Source of the DNA: Octopus sinensis
Taxonomy: Eukaryota
Assembly: GCF_006345805.1 (NCBI RefSeq)
Contig: NC_043000.1
Span: 87,544,001 to 87,608,000, forward strand
DNA: 64,000 nucleotides
Reading direction: 5' to 3'
In this document: one piece after another, positions 1-12,859 of the stretch
Layout of the letters: the number at the start of each line of letters is the position of its first letter
Position numbering within the stretch: the first letter of the stretch is position 1
Position numbers and translations under genes: made by a program
The notes under the pieces: generated by a model
The model's input: only the letters and a program-made list of their open reading frames with translations
What the model was told of the DNA's origin: nothing
Databases searched by the model: none

Positions 1-150
1 TGGTGCCTTTGATCTATTTTTTCCGTTGCTCAACCGACATAAGTCACGTCGTGTTGCGTGTATTCAGCTGCTTACACAATGAACAAGGCTTTCTGAAATA
101 AATCTCAAATGACACAGTTAAAAGTCACGAACATAAGACATTAAATAGTA

Positions 151-388
151 ACGGTGAGCTGACAGAATCGTTAGCACGCAGGGCAAAATGCTCAGCGACT
201 TTTCTCCTCCCGCCTTTACGTTCTGAGTTCAAATTCTGCTGAATAAAACTTTGGCTTGCTTTCTTTCTTTCTTTCTTTCTTTCTTTCGTGGTACATAAAT
301 ATATGCCAGTTGATCACTTGAGGTGATGTAATCGATTATCTCTCTCCCCGAAATTGTTGGTTATGTGCCAAAACTTGAAACCAGTATT
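151..388 (+). mobile_element. tRNA-derived SINE, family A (degenerate copy)
   Basis: Head cggtgagctgacagaatcgttagcacgcagggcaaaatgct, B-box-like tgagttcaaattc and gatgtaatcgat module, shared with copies at 2071, 30541, 33272, 39359 and 40534. Confidence 0.75.
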
Positions 389-2070
389 AACTAGCAACTT
401 TAATCGTTAGTACACTGGAGCTTATGAACGTCGTCTCTCCTAAAACCTGTGGCAAAAATAGCTAAGCTTTGTTCAATGTGCAACAAAATAAGATACGTCC
501 TGGAAAAGAACAGAAGAGATTAATTAGTGTTGAAGAGCTTAGAACTTTGTAAAAAGAGTTACACGACATATTAATATCAAAGAGGCAATTGATTTGTCTC
601 TTCGAGTGTACTTAAAAATACAAAAAGCAACTAATGAGATTTTGGGCATAACTGAGGAGCCGTAAAATTCTATTGTATTATTGACTTATCTTGTCTAATG
701 TTTATTTTATGGTATTCATCTCTTGCTCAACTAATGCTCTTCGCAGCTCCTTCCTCGATGTAGACAGTGATGTTTAATTAAGTTACGGGAAATTTATGGC
801 CATTATTGTATTTTGACCTTCATTAAAGTACGATTATACTTCCTTGTATAAGGATATGTCTGAATCTAAAAAAAAACATTAAGTTCAATATCAGTATGGT
901 CAAAATTCCTTCTAAAGCCAGAAGGCAGACTATAAATATCTCTACCTCGTGATACTTTTTAATCGTATCTTCTCATTTTAAAGTTGCAAGCATAAAAAAT
1001 TACGTCTAAATTTGTCGGAAGTGAGAAAATTAACACTTCCACTTGAGTGTCTATTGCACGTTATGTTACGAAATCTAATTTATTTGGTTCTCTAATAAAA
1101 TTTTACACTGCAGAGTGCAAAATTAAATGGTTTTGCTAACTTCGTAGTCTCAAAATAAATAAATAAATCTAAGAAAAATAACTTATGTTTGTGTTTGAAA
1201 ATGTGTTGACATCACTAACCTCCATAGCACCAACACAGAATCTATACATCGCTATTTGACTTAAAGTGCGAAATAAAGAAATTTTAAAAAATGACGTACA
1301 CTAACGCAAAGAAATGAATTTCAGTATTTTGGATTGAAAAGAATCATCATAATTCAAAAGCTGTTAATGTAATCTGAAAATTTTAAGACCAACCTATAAT
1401 CTTCATTTCTAAGAATAATCTTTATTTCTAAGAATAATTCAAAGTGAAGCCTATATTAAATTGTTGCTTGGCATAACCTATGTACAACAAACAGGTTACC
1501 ATAGTTTAATGAAATGTATGTGATGATGATAATGCTGGCAGTGATGCTGATAGTAGTTGTTAGAACTGTTCTAGATATGCAGACAATGAACAGAATAAAT
1601 ATATAGTTTCACTGAAGAATGTAATTGCTAAGTTTCTGTAAAACGGACATGAAATCTGGTCTATAGAAGCGCCTGAAAGAAATATGTGACTTCCAAGTGA
1701 AATAAAACAAAGAATAAACGTCTAACCTGTTCCGGCTAGTCTGAAGACAAATGAAGATAATGAAAAATGGTCAAGAAAAGGAAGTGTGTGAAAGTGATGT
1801 GGGAGGAAGAAAAGTTGGATAGATAAAGGTGCAACATTGACAGTCATTGATATGGAGTTGGATTCAAGGTTCTGAAAGAGATGGTACTTTATAGAAAACG
1901 TATCTATTGTAATGAGACGAAATAATGCTATAACAATTAAAATGGTGTTAAGAGTAGGCAGACTTAGCAATCGTAATATGAAAATGACGCAGTCAGCTTG
2001 GTAATATTTGACTAAAACACGACAACGGGACTATATAAAACATTTATTTTTTTTATAATATATATTTAGA

Positions 2071-2395
2071 AGGCGGTGAGTTGGTAAAATCCTTAGTACA
2101 CCAGGTGAAATGCTTAGCGGCATTTCGCTCGTCTTTTCTTTCTGAGTTCACATTTCACTGAAGTCGAATTTGACTTTCCGCATTTCGGGGTCAATAAAAT
2201 AAGTACCATTTGAGCACTGGAGTTGAGGTAATCAACTTAAGCATTCCTCGAAATTGCAAGCCTTTGAAACCAATATCAATATATTTCGTACTTCTTGTAA
2301 AAGAAGTACCAGTTGAGCACTGGGGTCGATGTAATCGACTTACACACTCCCATCAAATTGCTGGCACTGTGCCAAAATTTGAAACCCTTATATTT
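2071..2395 (+). mobile_element. tRNA-derived SINE, family A, with duplicated 3' module
   Basis: ggcggtgagttggtaaaatccttag head; the aagtacc..ttgagcactgg module occurs twice (about 2200 and 2305). Confidence 0.8.
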
Positions 2396-2761
2396 AGTAG
2401 ATATTTATTGCCAATATTTATTACCAATAAACTTTAATTGACTGAAATAATCATGGATAATATTCATAGAATCTTTCTTTAACTTAGTTATCTCTGCCTG
2501 CATTCAAAAAGAAATTTGAAAAGGAAAAATATTTATTTAAAAAAAAATATGTCAAAGGAATCCTTAGTGAATATTGCTCAATATTGCTTTTAGTTTATTT
2601 CTTTTCTTCTCTCTCTCTCTCTTTCTCTCTTTCTCTCTCTGTAAATATATATATAATATATATATATAATATATATATATATATATAATAATGTAATAAA
2701 TAAAATATATGCATACATACATACATATATGTACGTACCTACAACTACATGTATATATACA

Positions 2762-2795
<34 letters not shown>

Positions 2796-3282
2796 TACAG
2801 GACACCACAAATAAACGTAGAACACAACGAGAAACGAAAACAAAAACAACTAGGAAACGGACTTTTTTTAACAACGAAAAAAACAGAGTACAAGACAAAC
2901 AATACAAGGAATATTCCCCTTCATCAGCTGTCCCTGGATCGACTCAATGCGTGTTTCGAAGGTAAGGACAGAACACGACCCGTCGATCCAATCCTTCCTG
3001 CAAAGGAATTAAATAAAATTCCTTTGCAGAGGGGTAAAAACAAGGAAAGAAAAAATGTGACAAGAACAGGACGTAAAAGCAATACAAATAAAATACAATT
3101 ACAAATAAAAATACAAATACAAAAAATACAGTACACATAAAGAATAAAAACAGGACAAAGAAACCAACATTAAGGGCTGTTTTTTAAACCTAGACGATGG
3201 ATAAATTCAGAGCGCAAAAAAGTCATGTTGACTTGTAGAAAGCTACCAGTGAAAGAAAGTTCGGCAGTGAGAGAGATGAGGA

Positions 3283-3334
<52 letters not shown>

Positions 3335-3413
3335 CGGAAAGGAAACCAGAAAGGGTGAAAAATAAGAGGGAGAGAGACAGGCAAGGAGATATATATATAT
3401 ATGTATATATATG

Positions 3414-3446
<33 letters not shown>

Positions 3447-4343
3447 GCATATAAAGAGATGATTGTATGACTTTTATGTAAGAATTATGGCCGAACTGTA
3501 TATCAAGGGAATACGGGGTAGATAATTTTGGAGAAGAGAAGATATAGAACTTAATTTGTAAAACGGAAAAAATAAGTTAAAGCGAAATCGTGATGACAGT
3601 GCGTGATAAGTAACGGAGTTAACTAGAAATACATCAACTGTGAAAATTCAGTTAGATTTTTTTCCCAAATGGAATATAAAAACATTTTAAAAATGAAACC
3701 TAAGATATAAATTCAGTGAAAATATAGATTTCGTCATATATCCGCGTGTGAAAGACATTACAAGTAAGCTTAGCAGGAGTTCCATAATGTCAACGAGAGT
3801 TGCTTTCTTACGCGGTGTGACGATGTTTCGAAAAATATATATATATATCAGATATGAAAATAATAAACACGTTTTTATTGGTAAGTATACTCGTATTTTC
3901 CTCAACAAGGCATTTTAATGAAAATTTCTATCAAACCTTCAGTCAAATGTAATCACATCGGCGTTGTTAAAATTGAAAATTTGAAAATCAATTTATTTAC
4001 TGCTGTAGAGCTGCCTAACAAGTGTGAACACTCCATTCAAAATTAATTTACTGTAGTAGAGGTAAGCTGTGTAACAAATGTGAACATTCCAATGAAAATC
4101 AGCGAGAAAGAGGATATTTATAGATAACTGGTTAGAAATCTCCAGCATTGATATCCAGAATATTAAACGTACTTCTATGTCTGTAATTTTTGCTGTAGAT
4201 AGTTATGTTCAGTGATTACATCATAACCTAGGAAATTATTTATTTCTAGGTTCAATGTGTGAAGGGAATATTGAAAAAAGTATGAAAGACTTTTCTAAAG
4301 TTAGTATTAGAGATTCAACAGGTAAGAAAAAAGAGATCATCCT

Positions 4344-4385
<42 letters not shown>

Positions 4386-4402
4386 ACACACACACACACA
4401 AA

Positions 4403-4450
<48 letters not shown>

Positions 4451-4500
4451 CGTGTGCCCATGTGTGTGTTTCAATATGCATGTGTGTGTTTGAATATGTA

Positions 4501-4540
<40 letters not shown>

Positions 4541-4642
4541 TATGTATACACACACACATACACATATAGACTTGATAAGAGCCAATGCACGAAGCTCTCA
4601 GAACTTGAATCACTCTGTTACTTCTGCTAAATATTAATATTA

Positions 4643-4674
<32 letters not shown>

Positions 4675-5469
4675 GCGCACGTGTGTATTAATATATTAAT
4701 ATAAAGGAATAAAATGTTATAAAACAATGTAATCTTCTCATCAGAGAAAGAAAGAAAGAAACTAAAATCATCAATAAAACATTTGAGCAGAATGTGATGG
4801 ATATGTATAATGATGAACAAAACGCTATTAAGGTTTCTTCTAAAAACCGTTTGAAGATATAACGTGAAAGGTAGCCTATAGAAAGAGAAGGGGTAAAGGA
4901 AAGAAATAGGTAGAAAACTAATAAAGGAGAAATATAGAACGAATATGTGAATCAAAATAAAAGCTTAAAGGCATGGAAATAGATATATTTAGTGGAAGTG
5001 AAATGTAAGAAGAAAATCAATGTTTAAATTATATATAATGGTAGATATCACATATGAACTAAAGGTATGTTTCTGCCAATGTTTACATCGATAAGCACGC
5101 TCTATAAACGTGTTACAAAATAAAATAGAAAATAGTTCACTATTACAGAGTTAGCAGAATTCTACATATATATATATATATATACGTATGTGTATATACG
5201 AGCATGTATGTAGATGTATGTATGTATGAATATAACACGTGCGTGTGTGTATGTGTATGAGTGTACGTGTGAGTGTGTGTGCGTGTGTGAGTGTTTGTGT
5301 TCGTATCAGTGAGTAGAAAGACAGAAAGGAAGGGAGAGGGGCAATAAATGGACTCTTTAGACTAGTTCCCTTGGGACGACATCACTTCAGTGCCGGGTTG
5401 GCTGGCCGAGGTCAAGATAAAAATAAAAATAAAAACAAAAGTAAAAAATAAAAATAAAATTAAAATAAG

Positions 5470-5537
5470 GGAAGAAATGTGTGTGTATGTGTGTGCATGT
5501 ATGTGCATATGTATGTGTGTGTGTGTATATATATATA

Positions 5538-5572
<35 letters not shown>

Positions 5573-5947
5573 GGATAGGTATGTATGTGTATGTATGTAT
5601 GTATATGTGTATATGGGTGTGTGTATATATATGTGTATGTATATATATATATATATATATGGATATGGGAGCGTGTGTGTATGGGGGTGTATATCCCCTT
5701 TTTTATATATATATATGTGTGTAGACATATATAAGTGTATGTATGTGTATGGGTATGGGCGTGTACGTAGATACGTGTATATGGGTACATATGTACATGT
5801 GTATATGGGCGTATGTGTGTATGTGTACGTATGTGTATGTGTATATATGTATATGTGTATGTATGTATGTATATGTGTGTATATGTATGTATGTATGTAT
5901 ACATATGTGTATGTGTGTGTGTGTGTGTGTGTATGTGTATATGTACA

Positions 5948-5986
<39 letters not shown>

Positions 5987-5995
5987 GTATAAGTG
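5470..5995. repeat. Compound (TA)/(TG)/(TATG) microsatellite
   Basis: Direct reading; one of many (others at 4340-4560, 6270-6355, 18570-18930, 55540-56640, 60370-60575). Confidence 0.95.
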
Positions 5996-6265
5996 AGAGT
6001 CTCCTTATTTATCTAAAACTCTACTTTTCTATTTATTCTTTTATTCTTTTATTTATTCTTTTATCTACTTTACCACCGATTCCTTTGACCACTCCCCTAA
6101 GAATGATAGCTTGCGCCATGCCTACCCCAAAAAAGTCCCCCACCACCACCCCTTTAAACCTGCCTAAATGTATAAATGCCAAAACTACTCTTGTCACCTA
6201 GCCTCCTGATGATTTCTTTTGAATGAAACAGTTCTAGTCCTGTAGAAGCTCCTTCTATAAAATAA

Positions 6266-6358
<93 letters not shown>

Positions 6359-6439
6359 GAAGGTTGAAAAGGAACATACGAGTTGATATATATATACGGG
6401 AAAAAGTCAACGTACAAAATGCTAATTTTATAAAAAAAC

Positions 6440-7400
6440 ATTTCAATATCGGTTTCGGTCATTGATACTTTTTCAACTGTAAGTATGGGAAACAATTAAA
6501 TTTTGGAAAAATTAAATTAAAAGTTTTTAAAAGAACATTTACCTAGTATTCAAATATAGTGGGCATTTTCCTTGTTTCTGCCTTTCTCTGTCTCTCTTGT
6601 GGTTTCGAGGTCGTTGTGAATTCTTGGCAGAGAAGAAGAAGAAGAAGAAGAAGAAGAAGAAGAAGAAGAAGAAGAAGAAGAAGAAGAAGAAGAAGAAGAA
6701 GAAGAAGAAGAAGAAGAAGAAAAAATGCAGGAGAGCTATGATAGTAGTATGATGTTAAATGTTCAAGTACCCTGAAAGTAATTTGTTGTGGATGGTAGTA
6801 GTGATAGAATTCTTGAGATATCTCATTTGAATGTATTGTTTATAATATTTGCGTAGGTGTTATTCTAAACAGCAATAGTGGTAAAGTAAGGAAGGAGGTG
6901 GCGGAGAGGAAGAAGAAGAAAGAGAAAAAGAGAGAATAATAAGGGATGGTATGATAGTAGTAGTATGTTAAATGGTCAAGTAACCTAAAATAGCTCATTG
7001 TGGATTTTAACAATGATTGGGACTGTTTTTAATGAATTCTTGGGTATCTCTTGAATGTATCATTTTTAATACTTGCGTGTGTGTTATTCTAAGGCCATGG
7101 TGGATATGTCGTTTTTTGTAGGTGCGTTCAAAAGAGGTCTGTATTTTGTAATAAAGAGATTCTCTTTACTTATTCGTTGGCTACATGTTGTATCGTCCCT
7201 GAACTGGTAGAGCAGAAAAATTCTGAAGCTTGGATTTTTATTATTGGCACAAATGTCGATGTGTTGGCCGAATACTATTTTTCTGTTTTTGCGAATTTTG
7301 ATCTGGGATCTGTGCAGAGCCATCCTTTGGCGTAGACTGTTTTTGTTTGGTCTGTTTTTTGCTAAGGGATTAGTTTTATCAGTAAGAACTGTATTTTCAT
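6440..7400 (-). mobile_element. Penelope-like element 3' remnant: GIY-YIG endonuclease C-terminus plus AT-rich tail
   Basis: C-terminal half of ORF 7084..7554, [36 protein letters not shown], resembles the C-terminal part of Penelope GIY-YIG endonucleases; decayed hammerhead-like motif at 6445-6480. Confidence 0.65.
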
Positions 7401-7760
7401 AGTTTCCTCTGCTGCTACTTTCTAATATCCGTCTTCTGATAGGTTCAAGCTCTACTTCTGTGAACCAATGATTTTTTCTAATTGCTCTAGCTTGATCACA
7501 TAATCTCTGTTCCGTGAGTTGAAACAATCCTTTTTCTCTCCATTGATCATACATACGTTGTCGGTATCCCCTAAAATGAACACCATTTTCGTCTATAGTG
7601 TTTGCTCATGACCACAATATTGACTTGTTTTTCCCATCTAAGATGTGTGTTCTGGTCCCTCGCTGAATAACGATAGGCTGGAGTCGGACCAGTATCACTG
7701 AGTCTGCCGGGTGTAACACTGTCACCATCAAGGGCTTACCACCTTTATTCACAATATTTT
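7400..7760 (-). mobile_element. Dong/R4-type LINE N-terminal fragment
   Basis: [39 protein letters not shown] matches the 'W..G..TEQRL.DQ.R.I' N-terminal motif of Dong/R4 ORFs. Confidence 0.7.
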
Positions 7761-7904
7761 TTCATTGTCTCTCATATATGAAGTAACGATTATCAGGTTG
7801 CACAATTACCAGTGTTTTTATTGACACCATCATTAGATGTATCATCAATCAGTACATGGGGTGATTCCAACCGCTTCGTTTCATTATTATTATTATCATC
7901 ACTG

Positions 7905-9385
7905 ATATTATTGTTTTCATTGTTGATATTTCCTTCGGTACCATGATAGCCATTATTTTCAGCTATCTAATACTTTCCTGATTATTATGGCTGTGCCAAG
8001 GAGGCAAACCTTTTGTAACAGTTCTACTGGGCATTCCATTCCAATTTCCTTTATATTTCCCTCGATACCTTCTGATACTGTTCCCAAGGACCCAACAATA
8101 ATTGGCTCTGTCTTCACCTTCATTTTCCATAGCCTTCTTTTTGCCTCCTTTCTTGACAATTCGTTTGTCAAAGTGTATGCAACAGCAACTATTTAGCATG
8201 TGGTGCACCTTTTCCATCACCACTAGGTCCGGTCTGTTATGCTCTAGCAACTGATCTGTTTGGCCTGGGAAATCCCAGAGGATTTTGCTAGTCTCCGACT
8301 CCACCACTCACTGCGATTTATGCTCATGTCACATCTCTAGCCCTCACTTTTAACATTTTCCAATGTAACACTTTCACTTCCTGATCGTGTCGCCACAACA
8401 AGTAGTAGTTTTGGGCAAGTCTAAGGTATTATTTCGTGATATGGACAATGATTTCATCAACGCTATTGCAGATGCGGCATAGCTGAGACACTTGCTCATT
8501 CCTAATGTTGACCCACCAGTTCGTGGTCAAAGCTTGGTCTTATACTGCCAGTATAGTGCTCTCTGTCTCTTTTTTTAGTGTTCCTTTCATCAGTCAATCC
8601 CACCTATTTTTGCCTGCAACTCATGCTGTAGCTACATGGAATTGATTTTTTCGTAATTCTTCTTCAAGTACCTTTTGCACTTCTTTGTTTTTCATTTATT
8701 CTCTGCTTTCAATACTCCCTTGTTCCTTACTGCCACTAACAATATTTCCTTACTTTGGGCTAGGTATCTCATTGAACTCTTGAGTTCGATACGCATGCAA
8801 TTTTCCACATTTATCAGTCCCGTTCCTCCATTTGCTCTCTTCATGTATAGGCGATCAGTGTCCGCACGTGGACGATGAACACCATGCAACGTTAGAAGCT
8901 TTCTTGACTTTCTGTCCATCTCCTTTAGTCCCTCCTCTGTCCACTTCAGGATTCCAGCGCCATACCGAACTACTGCGACTGAGCGCAAAATTTGCAATTT
9001 TATTGCCTAAATTATGTTTCTGGCATTCAAATTTGAAGCCAATATTTTTCTCCCTCGCCGCAGGTACTCTTTTTTTGTGTTTCCTTTCATGTCATTGTGT
9101 TTGATTCCATCTGCCTCAAGTATTCCCAGGTATTTATAGCTGGATTGAGGTTGAATTGTTTTCATCATTTCACTACTTGGCAGAAAAATTTTCCTCGTTT
9201 CATCACCATCGTAGCACATTTTGAGAGTCCAAACTCCATCTTAATATCATTGGAGTAAATCCAAACAGACTGGACTAGGCTGTCCAGTTCTGCCTCAGGT
9301 TTTGTGAATAGATTCAGGTCGTTCATGTATAGCAAGTGGTTCAGTTTTCCCTTACCTCTTCCCAGATCATACCTCAACTTTGTTT
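7905..9385 (-). mobile_element. Dong/R4-type LINE, RT C-terminal half plus REL endonuclease, 5'-truncated pseudogene
   Basis: ORF pieces LNHLLYMNDL (RT YxDD-like), SYKYLGILE, RLYMKRANGGTGL, ILWDF..NRPDLVV, IIVGSLG, LQKVCLLGTAIIIRKVL; bounded by (ATT)n runs. Confidence 0.9.
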
Positions 9386-9409
9386 CTATTATTATTATTA
9401 TTATTATTA

Positions 9410-9440
<31 letters not shown>

Positions 9441-9444
9441 TGAT

Positions 9445-11875
9445 GAAAACTCTCATCTTATTTTGCTGATATGGAAAGTGTCAGCTGTTCACAGCCAGCA
9501 GACTAAGGTGACACTTGTTTACTGGTCATGCTCCAAGAACCCTGCGAAGAATTCTTGCAGTTCCAAGCACAGCTGATTTTTGTAGATCTATTCTTATGTT
9601 CGTACCAATCTTTTTGAGCCATGTTGGTAGTTGAGTGCTGATACTTCCAAGTGTATCAACCACTGTTGGTATCACGTTTACTCTCCTCATTGACCACAAC
9701 CTTCGTATTTACCACTTCAAATCATCGTAGTTGTTTAGTTTTCTTTATCTTTGATCCTGTTGTCACCGGGACATGCTACATCGATTATCGTGCATGTTCT
9801 TTCTTTTTTATGTAACACAACAATGTCCGGTCCCGATATAAGGTCAGCTGATCACACTGAATCTTTACATCCCACAAGATTTTGAAATCTTCATCCTCGG
9901 TGACTCCTTCTGGGGTTTGCTCATACCACGTCCTTACTTTTTGTGGGCTGTGATTTCCACAGAACTCCTAATGGATTATTTTTGCTACATTGTCATATCG
10001 TCTTTTGTATTCGCGTTGTGCCAATTTCAAGCATTCGCTAACGATGTGCTATACCGTTCCATACATTCTGCATTTGTCACTGTCGGTAGTATTGTCGATT
10101 CTGCACTTCACATAGTTTTTAACGTTTGTTCTTGTGCTGCGCATATAAGTGATTCTGTCTCTATCATCAGGTCACTCCTCAGTATTTTTTACATGCTACT
10201 CGAAGCTGTTTTCCTCTGTTTCGATACAATCCTGGCAACTGAGAATATCTTTCCCACCCTTTCTTCTGGAGACAAGTACATTCTATAGGTGTCACTTTTA
10301 AGGTGGAAGGCTCCGTGCACTGCCAATGTTTTTCTTGTATTCGTATCCATGTTCACCAGTTCCTTCTTTTGCCATTTTATGATTCCAGCTCCATACCGAA
10401 GTGATGCTATCTCTTGTGTATTTACTGCCTGGATTTTATTCCGTCCGGTCAATTTTGAGCGCAACACCAATCTTGGTCTTCGGAAATATTCCATTCTCAG
10501 TTGTTTTTTGATTTCCTATTCCATGATTTCGCTGAACTCTAGTATGCCAAAGTATTCGTAGCCTTCCTTTTTAATTTGTTTAATTAGTTCTCTATTAGAT
10601 AATTTTATTCCTGCTAGGTACACTATGCCACACTTCTTGAGTCCGAGTTCCATGCTAATATCAGGACTAAAACAGTGGACCGTGTTCACCAAAGAACTCA
10701 CTTGTGCTTCATCCTTGCCACACAACTTCAAATCATCCATGAAGAGAGGGTTGTTGATTGTTTGAGATTTTCCATTTAGTTGATATCCCAGGTTTATTTT
10801 CCTAAGTACCAAGGACTGAGGGAACATGCAGAGAACAGAAAGCAACAGAGATAAGCTTCTTCTGATACCCAGGGTGCCCAAACTTTTCCTATAGGATGTC
10901 AACTCAGTTTTCCACCCCACCATACTTCTCTCAAGAAAGCCTGTCACATTCCTTGCAATTCCAAAAAAATCTATTTTCTGGGTGATCCACGAATGTGGAA
11001 TCATATCATAAGCTTTGCGATAGTCAATCCAGGACATTCCCAAATTTGTCCTTCGTTTACAATCTTGCATTACCATTTTGTCTAACAATAATTGGCCTTT
11101 GGTACCTCTGCATCTCCTCCTACAACCTTTTTGTTCCGTCGTTCTCGTCAAAACATTTGTACAGTTCTTCTGCAATTCCTCCTGACAGTAACTTCCACAT
11201 TAATGGGAAGCTAAAAATTGGCCTGTAATTGTCGGCAGCATTTCCTTTTGTTGCATCTTTCAGACACAATATCGTTCTTCCTTTTGTCAACCAATCTGGG
11301 ATTTCAATCTTCTCCATCGATCAATACATTGAATTGCTCTGCAATCAATTCATGGTACTTACTGAATTTTTTAATTCAAAATCCATGTACACCATCAGGT
11401 CCTGCTTCTTTCTAGTTGCTTTTTCTTTTTACTCATCTTTCCCGATACTGTCTTCTGTGAAGTGGATAGCCTCTTGCTGGGGATAAGAAGCCTGTTTGCT
11501 TCAGGCTGCAAAGCTATTCAGCTGCAGTATTATGTTGTTCTTGCTTATTCCACATCCTACCCCAGAACTGTCCACTTTCATCAGCATCAGGAGCTAATCT
11601 TTCACGCTCTATATCATCATTAATTTCTTGATCAAATCTTTTTAGGTCGATACTAAACAATTGGTTTTGCCAGTATTGCTTAATCCGTTGTTCAAACCTT
11701 GTTAGCTTTGCTTTTTTGGCAAGAATGCGCTGCTTCAGTTCTTCAATTACAACATTCTGACTTTTTGTATCTGCACTATACTTCTTTCTCACTTTTCTCT
11801 TTTTCTTTTCCTGACGAGTATTGACACTACAGTGTTCAGGGAATTTATATCTTCTGAAATTCTCATTTTCCACCA
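9445..11875 (-). mobile_element. Dong/R4-type LINE, RT plus REL endonuclease, multiply disrupted
   Basis: [63 protein letters not shown]; 3' end encodes IDVACPGD and QKSAVLGTARILRRVL; flanked by (ATT)n and (GTA)n. Confidence 0.9.
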
Positions 11876-11883
11876 AGGTGGTT

Positions 11884-11931
<48 letters not shown>

Positions 11932-12410
11932 GTGGTGGTGGTGGTGGTGGTGGTGGTGGTAGTAGTAGTAGTCGTAGTAGTAGTAGTAGTAGTGGTAGTA
12001 GTAATAGTAGTAGTAGTAATAGTAGAATTGCTTTTTGTCCTCAATATATGGTAGTCTTGTTAGTAAGTTCGTAGTGGAAAGAATAGTATGGTTGTAAATT
12101 ATGAACTATGTAATGGTAAGAGAAAGAGAAAGAGAAAGAAGCAATGTGAAAAGGTCTTGTTTATGGAGCTAAGGTTTTTGCTTATTCCTTTTATTCTGTA
12201 GTGCAAATTTTAGTTGATGACTGTACTGAATGAAGGATGATCATTACACAATACAGAAGTTTTACATAGATTGTTTGCTTCTAGTCTTTTTGCTTTTTGT
12301 TTGTTTTTGTAGTAATAAAAGGAGAGGAAGGGTATCTAGACATTTAGATAACTTGAATTGTCAAAGTAGTTAGTCATCTTACATCACATGTTGTTAAGAC
12401 CATATATTAT

Positions 12411-12806
12411 CTCTTTTATCTCTTTTACTTGTCTTAGTCATGTGACGGTGGCCATGCTGGAGCACTGCCTTTAATCGAGCAAATCGACCCCAGGACTTAT
12501 TCTTTGTAAGCCTAGTACTTGTTCTGTCGGTCTCTTTTGCCGAACCGCTAAGGTACGGGGGTCGTAAACACACCAGCATCGGTTGTCAAGCAATGTTGGG
12601 GGGGACAAACACAGACACACAAACACAGACATACATATATACGACGAGCTTCTTTCAGTTTCCGTCTACCAAATCCACTCACAAGGCTTCGGTCGGCCCT
12701 AGGCTATAGTAGAAGACACTTGCCCAAGATGCCACGCAGTGGGACTGAACCTGGAACCATGTTGTTCGTAAGCAAGCTACTTACCACACAGCCACTCCTA
12801 CGCCTA
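12411..12806 (-). mobile_element. tRNA-derived SINE, family B, full length
   Basis: Minus strand reads taggcgtaggagtggctgtgtggtaag..ggttcagtcccactgcgtggcatcttgggcaagtgtcttctactatagc; internal CA/TA run; tail gcagtgctccagcatggcc. Confidence 0.9.
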
Positions 12807-12859
12807 TTAGTTTATTTAGCACCAAAAATATTGTTTCTGTTAATGAGATACAATACATT

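Noticed and set aside
4236-6201. Long ORFs such as 4236..4955, 5362..5904 and 5481..5996
   Set aside because: They are translations of (TA)/(TG)/(CA) microsatellites ([12 protein letters not shown]), not proteins; the same applies to most ORFs in the track
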